From positions 8,680,001-8,744,000 of the forward strand of contig JBHGNT010000001.1 in NCBI GenBank assembly GCA_043228905.1: DNA of 64,000 bases. Reading direction: 5' to 3'. How positions within the stretch are numbered: the first letter of the stretch is position 1; every line of letters starts with the position of its first letter. Position numbers and translations under genes: made by a program. Positions 38,201-49,581 of the stretch are shown here, one piece after another. This stretch comes from Azolla caroliniana (taxonomy: Eukaryota; Plantae; Polypodiophyta). The notes beneath the pieces were generated by a model that saw only the letters and a list, made by a program, of their open reading frames with translations, made no database searches and was not told where the DNA came from.

Positions 38201-40569
38201 TGGCAATGCTCGCAGAATTGATGGTCGGAGAAGGATAGTTTAGGGATGTATCCGGCTCTAGATAGATGCGTAATGCCGGCCTTGCTGAGGTGTCCTAATC
38301 TTCTGTGCCATAGTGATGACACAGGAATATCCACCAAAAACAGGTTACCCTCTCTGAGCGTAACATGTAACGGATATAGTGAGTGTATCTTGGGTCCTCT
38401 AGCAAGCAGGAGGTTCCCCCTGTGGAGTGTCCACCCTCCCGAAGAAAAACCGGCACGAATGCCGTCTTCATCTAGTTGTCCGACTGAGATCAATGGCCTT
38501 GAGAGCTCGGGTACATGTCGGACATTGTGGAGTACAAGTGTAGAGCCACCTGCAAGGTTGAGCTCTACTGTGCCGATTCCGATGATGTCACAGTGTTGTG
38601 AGTTGCCGACTCGAACTGAGTCGGAGTGACGGATCGTATATTGCCGAAATTGGGATCGATGAGGAGTCACGTGAAATGACGCGCCCGAATCTAAGAGCCA
38701 TGTGCTCGACTCTTCAGTCGTGAGTAGGACTTCTGATCTGACTGGATTTTCGATTGATAGTATATTCGGGTCGTCTGGTAGCACATCAGCTGAGAAGCTG
38801 ACGTAATTGATCTCCTCATGCCGGCCACTCTTCTTGTTGTTCTTGTTCTTGAGTGCGCGGCAGTCGGCTTTGATGTGTCCGGGTTTCTTGCAATAGTTGC
38901 AGATTCGGTTATCCCGTGACTGGCTCCGTCTTCGCGGATTGTTCGGCGGCCGTGAGGAATCTCTTCCTCGTATGTTCGATCGGTCTGTCGAACCTTGTAC
39001 TACATAAGCGTCGTCTGTTGAGTCTTTGGCGAAAGACTTTCTCCGAGCTGCTTCGGTCAGGATTGCGCTCGTGACTTCGGAGTATTTAACAGCCGTGGTT
39101 CACGCGTTGCACACGGTTGTGACAAAAGTTTCCCATGATGAGGGAAGGCTACTCATGAGTATCATTGCTCTGAGTTCATCCTCGATTGCCGTCCCCTGTG
39201 ACGAGATTTGGGAGCTTATGCTTTCGTACTCATTGAGGTGTGCTTGAACCGAGTCGGATTCTTTCATCCGCAAGTTGTAGAGGCGCCGGATCAGAAACAT
39301 CTTTGTTGCGGCGACCTTCTTTTCGTAAGTGTCCGACAGTGTTTTCCACAGTTCGAATGCTGTCGTACACGATTGCACCGTAAAGTATACCGATTCCGAT
39401 AGGTGCATCCGAATCGTGGGGCGGACGATTCTGTCCAGCTTCTGCCACTCAATTGGTTTGTATCCTTCTGGAGGTTCTTCATTTTCGATGGGATCGATTT
39501 GCCCCTTGACTATGAGATAGTCCTGCATTTGTTCCTTCCAGAAGTTGAAGTTCGATCCATCGAACTTGCGTAGACTCATTTCTGACGAGCCGGATGTTGA
39601 TGCCATCAAATTTGGTTTCGGTTGACGGAGCTCGGTTCGGAGTTGACTACGAACCTTGTTGGAGTGCAGCCGGTTGGCTCACCCGATATTGTTCTAGTCG
39701 GATTTGAACCCGAGTCGGTTCGGCTTCGGAACTTGCTCGAATTGACTCCGGTAGCTTGAGGGACAGAACCGACTGGTCTTCCCGAATGTTGCCGAGTCGG
39801 AGTGAGCCCGGTTCGTTTCGGATATATATGCCGAATACCGATTATTGAAACCGATTATCTGGACCGATTCTGCTTCGGTTGACTGCAGCAACGAGAGAGA
39901 CGGATCCAACTGATCCTCCCGAATGTCGATCAGCCAGATGAAGCACGAATTTGGGGTTGTTGTCTTAAGACCGATCTGCACCGAGTGGTTACAATGAGCG
40001 GCGTTTGATTACCTCTTCGGATGCCGTTTAACCGGGTGGAGCACGATCGTGTCAATGTTGCACAAGGGGATTTCACCTCGAGCGGTTACGATCACAAGGG
40101 ACAGAGTACAACCTGCTGGCTTACTCCAAGCGAAGATGATCTAACGCGATGAGATGCAAGCCTCGTTTCTCTTCTTCTTCTCTCTTCTTCGAATGACGCA
40201 GGAAACCGAATGCTGTGCAGGCTGAGACGACGGCCGACAGCAGATTGAAGGACCGACTACTGTGCAGGCTCTGATACCAGATGTTGGAGACGAGGTCGTC
40301 TATGCGGAAGATCAAGAAGCATTCGATTGGTGTTTGAATACCTGCGTATGCCAGTTTCTAGGTCGTTGCACAGAGAGAGAGAGAGAGAGAGAGAGAGGCA
40401 CAAAAGACTTTCTATTCAATAGAAACAATAATACAACACCCAACCTTACAAGAAGGTTACAAGGTCACTATATATAGTGACCGACTTAGGGCAACTACCA
40501 TTTATGCTAATTACACAAATGGCCCGAAGGGATAGTGTGAGTACGTCCATTATACACTTGTATTCGACA
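35109..40569 (-). mobile_element. Ty1/Copia D (Tnt1/Tork-like), full-length and young
   Basis: LTRs 40282-40569 and 35109-35398 appear identical except one AG unit. Perfect TSD TATCC, PBS TGGTATCAGAGC at 40268-40279, PPT at 35399-35406. Confidence 0.95.
35593..39606 (-). pseudogene. Copia D gag-pol polyprotein with one in-frame TGA (39100-39102)
   Basis: ORFs 39100-39609 and 35593-38784 share a frame. The interval encodes CNYCKKPGHIKADC; then LDSGASFH, WHRRLGH, HSDVCGP, IYVDDML, ADGMTK. Confidence 0.9.
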
Positions 40570-43500
40570 TATCCATCCCGGAGAAAGAATCGGTACGCTT
40601 TCTTCCGGATCCGGTTGGCATCGTTCTTTGTCCATGACGCGTCCGACGTCATGGTCCTTAAGAATCCCCCAATCTGCAGCCACTCCTCGTCGTACTTGCT
40701 CTCGTTGAAATCGTTAAGCGCCGGAGTGCTCCCCCCCTCGGTTGTTACGTAAGCCGCCTCGAAGAAGTCCACGCCGACTTCCTCATCCTCCGAAACCATG
40801 CCGCCCTCATCGTCGAATCGCGCCCTCGAAAGCATGTCGGCCATGGCATTGTCTTTCCCGGAAATGTGTCGTATTTCCGGGCACAGGGACTTGATGTACA
40901 CTATCCACCTGAGCATTGCCAGGTCTGGGGTTGCGCATCTGGAAACCATGCCGAGAATCGGCAGGCAGTCCGTCTCGATAATCACTTCTGTCCCGATCAG
41001 ATAGTCTTTATCGACCTTCACCGCCGAAACGATACCCCAGAGTTCGCGTTTAACCTGGGCGTATCCTCGCTGTCGCTCGCCGAGGACCTTCGCGCCAAAC
41101 CGGATTGGGAACCGAATGCCATCCTCATCTTCTTGGTTGACGACCCATCCGATCCCGGTCGGACTCGTATCTACCGTCATGTAGATGGGAGTACCTTTCT
41201 TGTAGACAACCTTCCGGAGTGCCGGAGCTGCAACAAGAGCCTCCTTCATCTTTCGGACCGACTCCGTATGCTCGTCCCGCCACTCGAATTTTCGCCCCTT
41301 TTTCAGCAACCCCTATAGCGGCTCGGCAACGTGGGCGTAATGCGGGATCCATATGTGGTAGAAAGCGCATGCTCCCAAGAACCTCCGTACCTCCGTGACC
41401 GAGTTACAGTCGGGCTTCATTGCGGAGATGGCTTCTACCTTAGCCGGAGATGGTTTCCGGCCATACGGTCCGCATAGATGTCCGATGACCATGATCTCCG
41501 ATTGCCCGAAGGCCGATTTCTCCCCGGAGAAGGTGAGCCTCACGTCCTCTAGCCTCCGCAGCACCCTCTCGCAGTCGTCAATGTGTGTCGCCACGAATTT
41601 CCGGCATCCGTCTGGTCCGATCGTTTCGTCCCTTTTCTCCACCGGACATCCCTTGATCGGGATGTCGTCCAAGAATGGCATGGTGATGTCCGGGATACAA
41701 TCCCTCAGCACCTTGTTCATCGCATTCACGATCTGGGCCACCGAGTTCGTCCCTCCTTGTGGCAGGGTACACATCCACACTAGGCCGAGAGGAGTCCGCA
41801 TCATCGTAATGTCTCTGCTCTCTACGGCTAGTTGGAACTGATCGTACCCTGAGTACAGATCACCGACCAAGTAGATCGACCTTCCGGCGAAGGCCTCCGC
41901 GAACTTGTCTATCGTTGGTCCGATTCCTGCATTCCAAATGGTCACTCTGTTGACCGGTTGCAGGTCTTGAATGAAGCGCAACGTCCCGTTCTTCTTCGGT
42001 ACGGTAAACCACCGGTTCGAGTACGGGGCACTCGACGGTTTGAGGATGCCCATATCGACTTTCTGTCTCAATAGCTCCATCAGCTCCGGGATGTGAGCTC
42101 TTGGTACCAGAATTGGTTTGAGATTCCATGGCACATGCGGTACCGTGAATATCACCATCGGCTTCACGACTGTCGGGTCCACGCACCCGATCTCTTCCGG
42201 TGAGAATGCGAAGGCTTTCCCGTGCCTTCCGAGCATTCTCCGAAACCGGTCTTCTTCCACTGGCAGTAGGAAACCGCCCCCACCTATTTTGAGCTCCCGT
42301 AGCGTTCTGTCGGTGAAGGTGTGTCCTATGCAGGTCGGATCTCGTAAACTGGGGTCCGACGCGACCCCCTTGATTCGCAACTCGCTGCCCTCCGGTAAGG
42401 GTGCCGCGACTGGCCTTACCTTCCGGTCCACAGTCTTGTACTTCGTGTTAACCCGGGCCGTCCAATCCGACTCGAGCCCCCGACTGAAGTCCGCGATGAC
42501 TTTGTACATCTCTTCTGAACAAACCGGTATTGTCCGGTCCTCTTTAAGGCCTTCTCCGACCACCTCTCGCAGTATTCCCAAGGTATTGTCGAAGGAGACC
42601 GCCTCCACGGCTCCGTTGATTTCCTCGCTGGGCCCAAGAACTCCGCACGCCCGAAGTCGCTCTTCCGCCCTTGTCTTTTCTCGGCCAACGACGCCGACTA
42701 TCGTACACCCTCCGTTGTCGGAGAAACAAAACTTCCTACTTATGGTACAAGGTTTCTTCGGTTTTGCCTCTATCGTACATTTGTGGGGTTTTCCCGGAGT
42801 GTCCGGACTGTTGCGGCCCCACGCCTTGACAACCCTCTCTAAAAATCCTCTCGGTTCTCGCCATCGAGGGACTCGTGGTTTCGCTCGTGGTTCGGTCGCA
42901 CCGTCAGGAACTGGACCGAATGCCCATCCTGACTCTTGACCCTCACGTAAGCCGACCTGTTGTCCAACACCTTGGTCTCCATCCGCGCTGCCGTAATGTA
43001 CGGTTCTCCCAGTATGACCGGGTGCGAGGACGTCTCCTGCACAAAGAAGTGTTGATCTATCTCGACGTCGCCGATCTTGACTCGCACGTTTGGGTAGGCC
43101 CCGTGTAGTTCCTCGGTGGCGCGCTGTCGTGAAGAAAACCGTCCATAGGCGGAATCGGCGCACCAAGGCGTGGGAACCGGTTCTTCACGCGCGCACGCTC
43201 CGAGTTGTACATAGAAACGAATTGAGAGGATAATCGGCAGGAACGGGCCCTAACTCAAGTGGAGACAAAGACCGCGCGAACAGTCTTTTCGGTCGCGCGC
43301 GCGAACTGTACGAGTCGGCGGCGTAACTACGCGGATCTGTGAAAAACGGAGCGGATCCCTGTCCAAAAGGGACAGGGAATAAAGCTGACACGACGGCCTG
43401 TTCGTCGGCCTATATAAGGAGCGGGAAAGAGCTGTTGCAGGGATCGGGCGCGGAGAGGACGAAGTGCTGTCGGACCGTTTCTGGACGCTTCGCTCTCTCC

Positions 43501-43926
43501 GTTTCCTTCCTTCTTGAGCTCCAAAGCTTTCTGTGCAGGGTTCCGGGGAGGCTCGCGCTGTTTCGAGGAACGCCCGAGTGCTTCCGGCAGCACCTCCGAC
43601 CTGCTACCCCCCCCATTTCCCCGTTTGTGCGTCAAAGCGAACAGGCATCGGCATCTGTTCGCCGGCCTGTTCGGTTGCAACCAACCTGTGCCCCATCGGG
43701 GGTTGTAGTCGTGTTAGCCATTTTGTTAATACACATATTTAGTCATTCGCATCCGTCTGTGTCGGTGTCTGTTCGCGTTCTCCGTGCTGAAGGGCCGTGT
43801 CCCTGTGTATCCCCGGTCCTGCGTAGCCGGTTCTCTCTCTTTCTCCTCCCTCGCTTGCTCTTTGGTTCGAGACCCCCGCGGTCCCGCCTCTATTCCGCAC
43901 GCACTTGCGTAATATCTCGACATCTT

Positions 43927-43943
43927 TGGTGAACCCGACGTGA
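43927..43943 (+). promoter_or_regulatory. Primer binding site complementary to the tRNA-Trp 3' end
   Basis: TGGTGAACCCGACGTGA is the reverse complement of ..TCACGTCGGGTTCA-CCA (plant cytosolic tRNA-Trp(CCA) 3' end as recalled). Also present in G1 and G3. Confidence 0.85.
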
Positions 43944-43966
43944 AAGAGGCGGCAGAAGAGCAGAAG

Positions 43967-46093
43967 ATGAGGGGGTCGGATCTCGCAGAGGCCATGGCTT
44001 CGGCCGTGGATCGGATCGTAAACGCGCGCGAGGGTACCGGTGCCCTCGACAGAGCTATTGAGGCGGTCGTCGGCACGATCGGCCGGTTCGATGGGAGGGA
44101 TGCCACGAAGTATCTGGCGTCCTACGGTGCAGAAATGTTGATGCGGGACATTCCGGAAGAAAGGCGTCTTGCCGGTTTTCCCCGAGTGGCAATGCCGAGC
44201 ATCCATGCGGAGGTGCTCGAGGTGCGGGCGGAGAGCCGTACCTGGGAGGAGTTCGAAGGTCGGCTCCTAGAGAAATACGGGCTGGACGACGCGCTCCGGC
44301 TTTCGAAGCGAAGGTTCATGGAATGGGTGGAGTCCCCGGGGAAGGGAAGAAACGCGTCGGCACTCCTCCGGGAGTTCGAGGAAAACTTTGCGCGCCTTTC
44401 GGCGCTCGACCGAACCATCCTGGACACGAGCCGGGTCTTGCTGTTTGTCAAGTCGGTCGACGAGCGGGATCGGGAGCAAGTGGGCCTCTTGCTGGAAACC
44501 GAAGACGGGCTCACTACCGACTGGGCGGCTGTCAGGAAGGTCTGTGGCCGTTTCGACAAACGGCGAGAATGGGCGGATAACGGGGCGACTGGGTCGGGCT
44601 CGGTCGCAGCAAGGAAGCTCGAACCAGCGCCACAGGTGCGCAAGGAAGAGACCCGGGAGTGGTTGGAAACCGGTTCGGCTTCGACCGGCGTAGTCAGAGG
44701 CTCAACCGGAGGAGCGGCGCTGGAGGAATTGACGAAGGCGATAAAGGACCTCCAAATCGCGCAGGCCCGAAGGGAAGGAGGCGAACCGGCTCGTGACCGA
44801 CGACCGGCGGCAGGAAACAGGTGCATGTGGTGCGATGAAGTCGGCCACGTTCGGAAGGACTGCGGCGACTTCGCGGAGGCGCTGAGGGACCGGGTGGTGT
44901 ACCTGTGGGAAGGACGGGTGCATGCCAGCGACACCCGAAGGGCCCTGAGCCGAAACGACGGAAAGGGTGGTATGAAAAGGTTGATGGAAGAGGCGGCGGC
45001 CCGACACGCGGAAACCGTCCACTACTCGGCGTCGGCCGGCATTCGAGTCGGGGGCGGCGAGGCCCGAAAGGAAAGCAAAGCCGGATTCTGGCCGACGATG
45101 CTGGAAGGCCTTGCCGGTGCAGGGCTTAAAAGGGAGGAATCGGACCGTGCGGAGAAACGGGTACGGGAGATGACCGGGTGGAGCGACCCGGTCGAGGAAA
45201 GGACGGGCTTCGTGGAAGCCGCTTGCCGGAACTACGAGGCTCTGGTAGAAGAGAAGCGGGTGGGAAAACCCGGGACGACCGGGCCCTCACAACGATACGA
45301 GACCCGGTCCGGGCCACGACGGGACGAAGCCGGCAGGGCCGGTACGCAAGATAAACCCCAGAAGGGCGGGTACCGTCTGGGGACGGAGATAGAAAGAACC
45401 ACGGACTTACGAAAGGTCCTGGAGGAACGGATCCTCGACAGCAAGGTGGAGCTGTCGCTACGGGAGGTGCTTGGAATCGCCAAGAAGGAGTTCCACGACT
45501 CCATCGTGGACTTGGTGAAACGGAAGAGGCTGTCAACGGAGACAGAACCGGAAAGACCGGTGGAAGTGCGGACGACGCACCTAGACGACATGGCGCTGGG
45601 AGACGAGTGGGCGGAAAGCCACTATTCGAGACCGCACTGGGCCCGAGCGACCACGGAAACCCCGGTGAAGATCGGCGATGTCCAGGAACCGGTGATAGCT
45701 TTGGTGGACCACGGATCGGAGATCAATTTGATGTCCATGGACTTCTATAAGAAGGGCAAATGGCCGATCAACACCAAGCACGGGTGGAAAATAAGGGCAG
45801 CAACGCGCGCCACCGAGGAACTGCACGGGGCCTGTCCGAATGTGCGAGTCAAGATCGGCGACGTCGAGATTGACCAGCACTTCTTCGTGCAGGAGACGTC
45901 TTCGCATCCGGTCATACTGGGAGAGCCGTACATCACGGCGGCGCGAATGGAGACCAAGGTGCTGGACAATGGTTCGGCCTATGCGCGGGTCAAGAGCCAG
46001 GACGGCCGCCATTCGGTCCAGTTTTTGACGGTTAGGCCGAACCACGAGCGTAACCGCGACTCCCTCGGTTCCGATAACCGAGAGGATTTTTAG
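43967..46093 (+). CDS. gag: G2 Gag-protease ORF
   Basis: First ATG at 43967. Zinc knuckle CMWCDEVGHVRKDC; aspartic protease LVDHGSEINLM...VILGEPYI; ends EDF*. Confidence 0.92.
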   Translation: MRGSDLAEAMASAVDRIVNAREGTGALDRAIEAVVGTIGRFDGRDATKYLASYGAEMLMRDIPEERRLAGFPRVAMPSIHAEVLEVRAESRTWEEFEGRLLEKYGLDDALRLSKRRFMEWVESPGKGRNASALLREFEENFARLSALDRTILDTSRVLLFVKSVDERDREQVGLLLETEDGLTTDWAAVRKVCGRFDKRREWADNGATGSGSVAARKLEPAPQVRKEETREWLETGSASTGVVRGSTGGAALEELTKAIKDLQIAQARREGGEPARDRRPAAGNRCMWCDEVGHVRKDCGDFAEALRDRVVYLWEGRVHASDTRRALSRNDGKGGMKRLMEEAAARHAETVHYSASAGIRVGGGEARKESKAGFWPTMLEGLAGAGLKREESDRAEKRVREMTGWSDPVEERTGFVEAACRNYEALVEEKRVGKPGTTGPSQRYETRSGPRRDEAGRAGTQDKPQKGGYRLGTEIERTTDLRKVLEERILDSKVELSLREVLGIAKKEFHDSIVDLVKRKRLSTETEPERPVEVRTTHLDDMALGDEWAESHYSRPHWARATTETPVKIGDVQEPVIALVDHGSEINLMSMDFYKKGKWPINTKHGWKIRAATRATEELHGACPNVRVKIGDVEIDQHFFVQETSSHPVILGEPYITAARMETKVLDNGSAYARVKSQDGRHSVQFLTVRPNHERNRDSLGSDNREDF

Positions 46094-49000
46094 AGAGGGC
46101 TGCCAAGGCGTGGGGCCGCGACAGTCCGGACACCCCGGGAAAACCCCACACCTGTACGATAAAACCGAAGAAACCTTGTACCATAGGTAGGGAATTTTTG
46201 TTCTCCGACAACGGAGCGTGTGCGATGGTCGGCATCGCCGGCCGAGAGAAAACAAAGACGGAGGCGAGACTTCGAGCGTGCGGAGTTCTCGGCCCGGACG
46301 AGGAAATCAACGGAGCCGTGGAGGCGGTCTCATTCGACGACACCTTGGGAATGCTGGGAAAGGTAGTCGAAGAAGGCCTTAACGACGACCGGACGATACC
46401 GGTGTGTTCCGAGGAGATGTACGAAGTCATCGCGGACTTCGGTCGAGGGCTCGAGTCAGTTCGGACGGCCCACGTAAACACCAAGTACAAGACTGTGGAC
46501 CGGAAGGTAAGGCCAGTAGCGGCACCCTTACCGGAGGACAGCGCGTCGAGAATCAAAGGGGTTGCATCAGACCCTAGTCTACGAGATCCGGCCTGCATAG
46601 GGCACACCTTCACTGACGAGACGCTCCGAGAGCTCAAAATCGGTGGGGGCGGGTTCCTACTGCCGGCGGAGGAAGACCGGTTTCGGAGGATGCTCGGAAG
46701 GCACGGGAAAGCCTTCGCATTCTCGCCGGAGGAAATCGGGTGCGTTGACCCGACGATCGTGGAGCCGATGGTGATATTCACGGTACCGCATGTACCATGG
46801 AATCTCAAGCCAATCCCGGTTCCGAGAGCTCACATCCTGAAGTTGATGGAGCTGCTGAGGCAGAAAGTTGATATGGGAATTCTCGAGCCGTCGAGCGCCC
46901 CATATTCGAATCGATGGTTTACCGTACCGAAGAAAAACAGTTCGCTGCGCTTCATCCAGGACCTGCAGCCGGTCAATCGAGTGACCATTCGGAACGCAGG
47001 AATCGGACCGACCATAGACGAGTTCGCGGAGGCCTTCGCCGGAAGGTCAATTTACTCGGTCGGGGATCTATACTCAGGGTACGACCAGTTCCAGCTGGCC
47101 GTGGAGAGCAGAGACCTTACGACGATGCGAACTCCCCTCGGCCTAGTTCGGATGTGTACACTGCCGCAAGGAGGGACCAACTCGGTGGCCCACATGGTGA
47201 ATGCGATGAACAAGGTTCTGAGGGACTGTGTCCCGGACATTACCATGCCGTTTCTGGACGACATCCCGATCAAGGGATGCCCGGTGGAAGAAAAGGACGA
47301 GACGATCGGGCCGGACGGATGCCGGCGATTCGTGGCGACGCACGTCGACGATTGCGAGAAGGTGCTGCAAAGGCTAGAGGATGCGAGACTCACCTTCTCC
47401 GGGGAGAAGTCGGCCTTCGGGCAGTCAGAAATCATGGTGGTCGGACACCTGTGCGGACCATATGGCCGGAAACCGTCTCCGGCGAAGGTAGAAGCCATCT
47501 CCGCGATGAAGCCCGACTGCAGCTCGGTCACGGAAGTACGGAGATTCCTGGGGGCATGCGCGTTCTACCACATATGGATCCCGCATTACGCACACGTCGC
47601 GGAGCCACTGTACGGGTTGCTGAAAAAGGGGCGAAGGTTCGAATGGCTAGACAAGCACGCGGAATCGGTCCGGAAGCTGAAAGAGGCCCTTGCAGCGGCA
47701 CCGGCACTCCGGAAGGCGGTTTACGGGAAGGGTACCCCGGTATTCATAACGGTGGATACCAGTCCGACCGGGATCGGATGGGTCGTGAACCAGGAAGACG
47801 AGGACGGCAATCGGTTTCCGATCCGATTCGGCGCGAAAGTCCTCAGTGAACGGCAGCGAGGATACGCCCAGGTTAAACGCGAACTCTGGGGTATTGTTTC
47901 GGCGGTTAAGGCCGACAAAGACTACCTGATAGGGACGGAAGTGATCATCGAGACGGATTGCCTGCCGATTCTCGGTATGGTTTCCGGATGCGCGACTCCG
48001 GACCTGGCGATGCTCAGGTGGATAGCGTACATCAAGTCCCTGGACCCGGAAATACGACACATTTCCGGGAAAGACAACGCCATGGCCGACATGCTTTCGA
48101 GGGCGAGGTTCGACGACGAGGGCGGCATGGTTTCGGAAGACGAAGAAGTCGGCGTGGATTTCTTCGAGGCGGCATACATAACGACCGACGGGATGAGCAC
48201 TCCGGCGCTTAACGAGTTCGACGCGAGCAAGTACGACGGGGAATGGCTGCAGATCGGCGGGTTTTTGAAGACGATGACGCCCGATGCGTCATGGACGAAG
48301 GACGAGGCCAACCGGATCCGGAAGAAAGCATATCGATTCTTTCTCCGAGATGGGCATCTATGGAAGCACCCGAAGAAGAGGGACGGCGTCCCGCTCCGAG
48401 TGGTGGCGATGAAGGAAGAACAGGAGGAACTGCTGACGGCCTACCACGACAGCCCTTGGGCTGGACACCGTGGAACATGGGCTACGTTTGAGAAACTAAA
48501 GGGGAAGTATTGGTGGCCGGGGCAGTACCGGGACGTGCATCGGTTCGTGACAACTTGCAGGAGCTGTCAGATGCACTCCATAGTCCGACATCGGGACGAG
48601 CTTCACCCCACGTACCCTCCGACCATCCACTTCAAATGGATGGTAGATCTGGTGACGATGCCAATGGGGGTAGGACAGATGCGGTACCTGGTCCTAGCGC
48701 GGGAGGATCTGACGAACCAAGTGGAAGGCCGGGCCCTTCCAAACAAAACGACCGCGGCCGTATGCCGGTTCCTAATCGAGGACGTGATATGCCGGTACGG
48801 GTGCGTCGGGAAGATCGTGGCTGACCGAGGGGAGTTGGACGCCGAAGAAGCCGCGGAGCTGTTCGACCGGCTGGGAGTCCAGCTCTCGCTCACCACTGCG
48901 TACAATCCGGAGGCGAATGGAAAGGTGGAGCGCGGACACGGACCGATCGTCAAGGCGTTGGTTCGGGCATGCGGAGGCCGAGCCGGTGACTGGCCGCGGC

Positions 49001-49581
49001 TGCTACCTTATGCTTTGTGGGCAGACCGGACCACGCACAGTTCGGTAACCGGGTACATGCCGACGGAGCTCATGTTCGGCCAGACGCCGATCATGCCGAT
49101 TGAACGGACGATCTCCTCGTGGGCAACGGTCGACTGGAGGGACGAGATGAGCCGGGAGGAGTTGTTGGTCGCACGTATACGACAGCTCGAGCGGAGGCCG
49201 GAGGACGTGGCACTGGCTACGGAGAAGCTCCGGGTGGCGAGGACAAAGAACAAAGCCCGGTTCGACCGAACGCACCGGCTACGACCGAAGAAAATCGAAG
49301 AAGGTGACTGGGTGCTCGTCTACGACAGCAGCCTCGACAACCAGCACCGAGCCACACGGAAGTTCGCACGAAGGTGGTTCGGGCCTTACGTGGTACGGAG
49401 CGCCAATGACAACGGGACATATCACCTGGCGGAACTTGACGGCACGAGAATGGCGATACCGGTTGCAGGGAAGCGGATCAAAGCGTTCAAGAAGCGACAC
49501 GACGACGAGCCAGACCCGGCTCTCCTGGTCGGCAGTGACGAACGATCCGAAAATGAAGAAGAACCGACGGGCGAGGAATGA
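46078..49581 (+). CDS. pol: G2 Pol (RT-RNase H-integrase), -1 frame relative to Gag-PR
   Basis: Frame opens after TAA at 46075-77. RT DLYSGYDQ, LPQGGTNSV, PFLDD; RH VDTS..ETDC..ADMLSR; INT H..H..CRSC, VDL, ADRGE, NGKVERG, GPY. No chromodomain. Confidence 0.93.
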   Translation, partial: PRGFLERAAKAWGRDSPDTPGKPHTCTIKPKKPCTIGREFLFSDNGACAMVGIAGREKTKTEARLRACGVLGPDEEINGAVEAVSFDDTLGMLGKVVEEGLNDDRTIPVCSEEMYEVIADFGRGLESVRTAHVNTKYKTVDRKVRPVAAPLPEDSASRIKGVASDPSLRDPACIGHTFTDETLRELKIGGGGFLLPAEEDRFRRMLGRHGKAFAFSPEEIGCVDPTIVEPMVIFTVPHVPWNLKPIPVPRAHILKLMELLRQKVDMGILEPSSAPYSNRWFTVPKKNSSLRFIQDLQPVNRVTIRNAGIGPTIDEFAEAFAGRSIYSVGDLYSGYDQFQLAVESRDLTTMRTPLGLVRMCTLPQGGTNSVAHMVNAMNKVLRDCVPDITMPFLDDIPIKGCPVEEKDETIGPDGCRRFVATHVDDCEKVLQRLEDARLTFSGEKSAFGQSEIMVVGHLCGPYGRKPSPAKVEAISAMKPDCSSVTEVRRFLGACAFYHIWIPHYAHVAEPLYGLLKKGRRFEWLDKHAESVRKLKEALAAAPALRKAVYGKGTPVFITVDTSPTGIGWVVNQEDEDGNRFPIRFGAKVLSERQRGYAQVKRELWGIVSAVKADKDYLIGTEVIIETDCLPILGMVSGCATPDLAMLRWIAYIKSLDPEIRHISGKDNAMADMLSRARFDDEGGMVSEDEEVGVDFFEAAYITTDGMSTPALNEFDASKYDGEWLQIGGFLKTMTPDASWTKDEANRIRKKAYRFFLRDGHLWKHPKKRDGVPLRVVAMKEEQEELLTAYHDSPWAGHRGTWATFEKLKGKYWWPGQYRDVHRFVTTCRSCQMHSIVRHRDELHPTYPPTIHFKWMVDLVTMPMGVGQMRYLVLAREDLTNQVEGRALPNKTTAAVCRFLIEDVICRYGCVGKIVADRGELDAEEAAELFDRLGVQLSLTTAYNPEANGKVERGHGPIVKALVRACGGRAGDWPRLLPYALWADRTTHSSVTGYMPTELMFGQTPIMPIERTISSWATVDWRDEMSREELLVARIRQLERRPEDVALATEKLRVARTKNKARFDRTHRLRPKKIEEGDWVLVYDSSLDNQHRATRKFARRWFGPYVVRSANDNGTYHLAELDGTRMAIPVAGKRIKAFKKRHDDEPDPALLVGSDERSENEEEPTGEE

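Noticed and set aside
39100-39102. In-frame TGA in Copia D as programmed readthrough
   Set aside because: It lies mid-gag before the zinc knuckle, the context GCG-TGA-ACC is not a known leaky one, and a single TCA>TGA change explains it. The sister copy's gag is outside the window.
43339-43932. 197/215-aa ORFs within G2 LTRs as an accessory gene
   Set aside because: GTG start, spans the TATA-like box, no recognisable domain, and no clear full-length counterpart in the other LTR subfamilies.
44122-48953. Long antisense or alternate-frame ORFs over Gypsy gag/pol (e.g. 44122-44934, 46032-46808, 46914-47849)
   Set aside because: Expected shadows of GC-rich coding sequence; no independent motifs.
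49440-49581. Chromodomain or env-like ORF at the G2 3' end
   Set aside because: Integrase ends in a short acidic tail after the GPY region, and only ~70 nt remain before the LTR.
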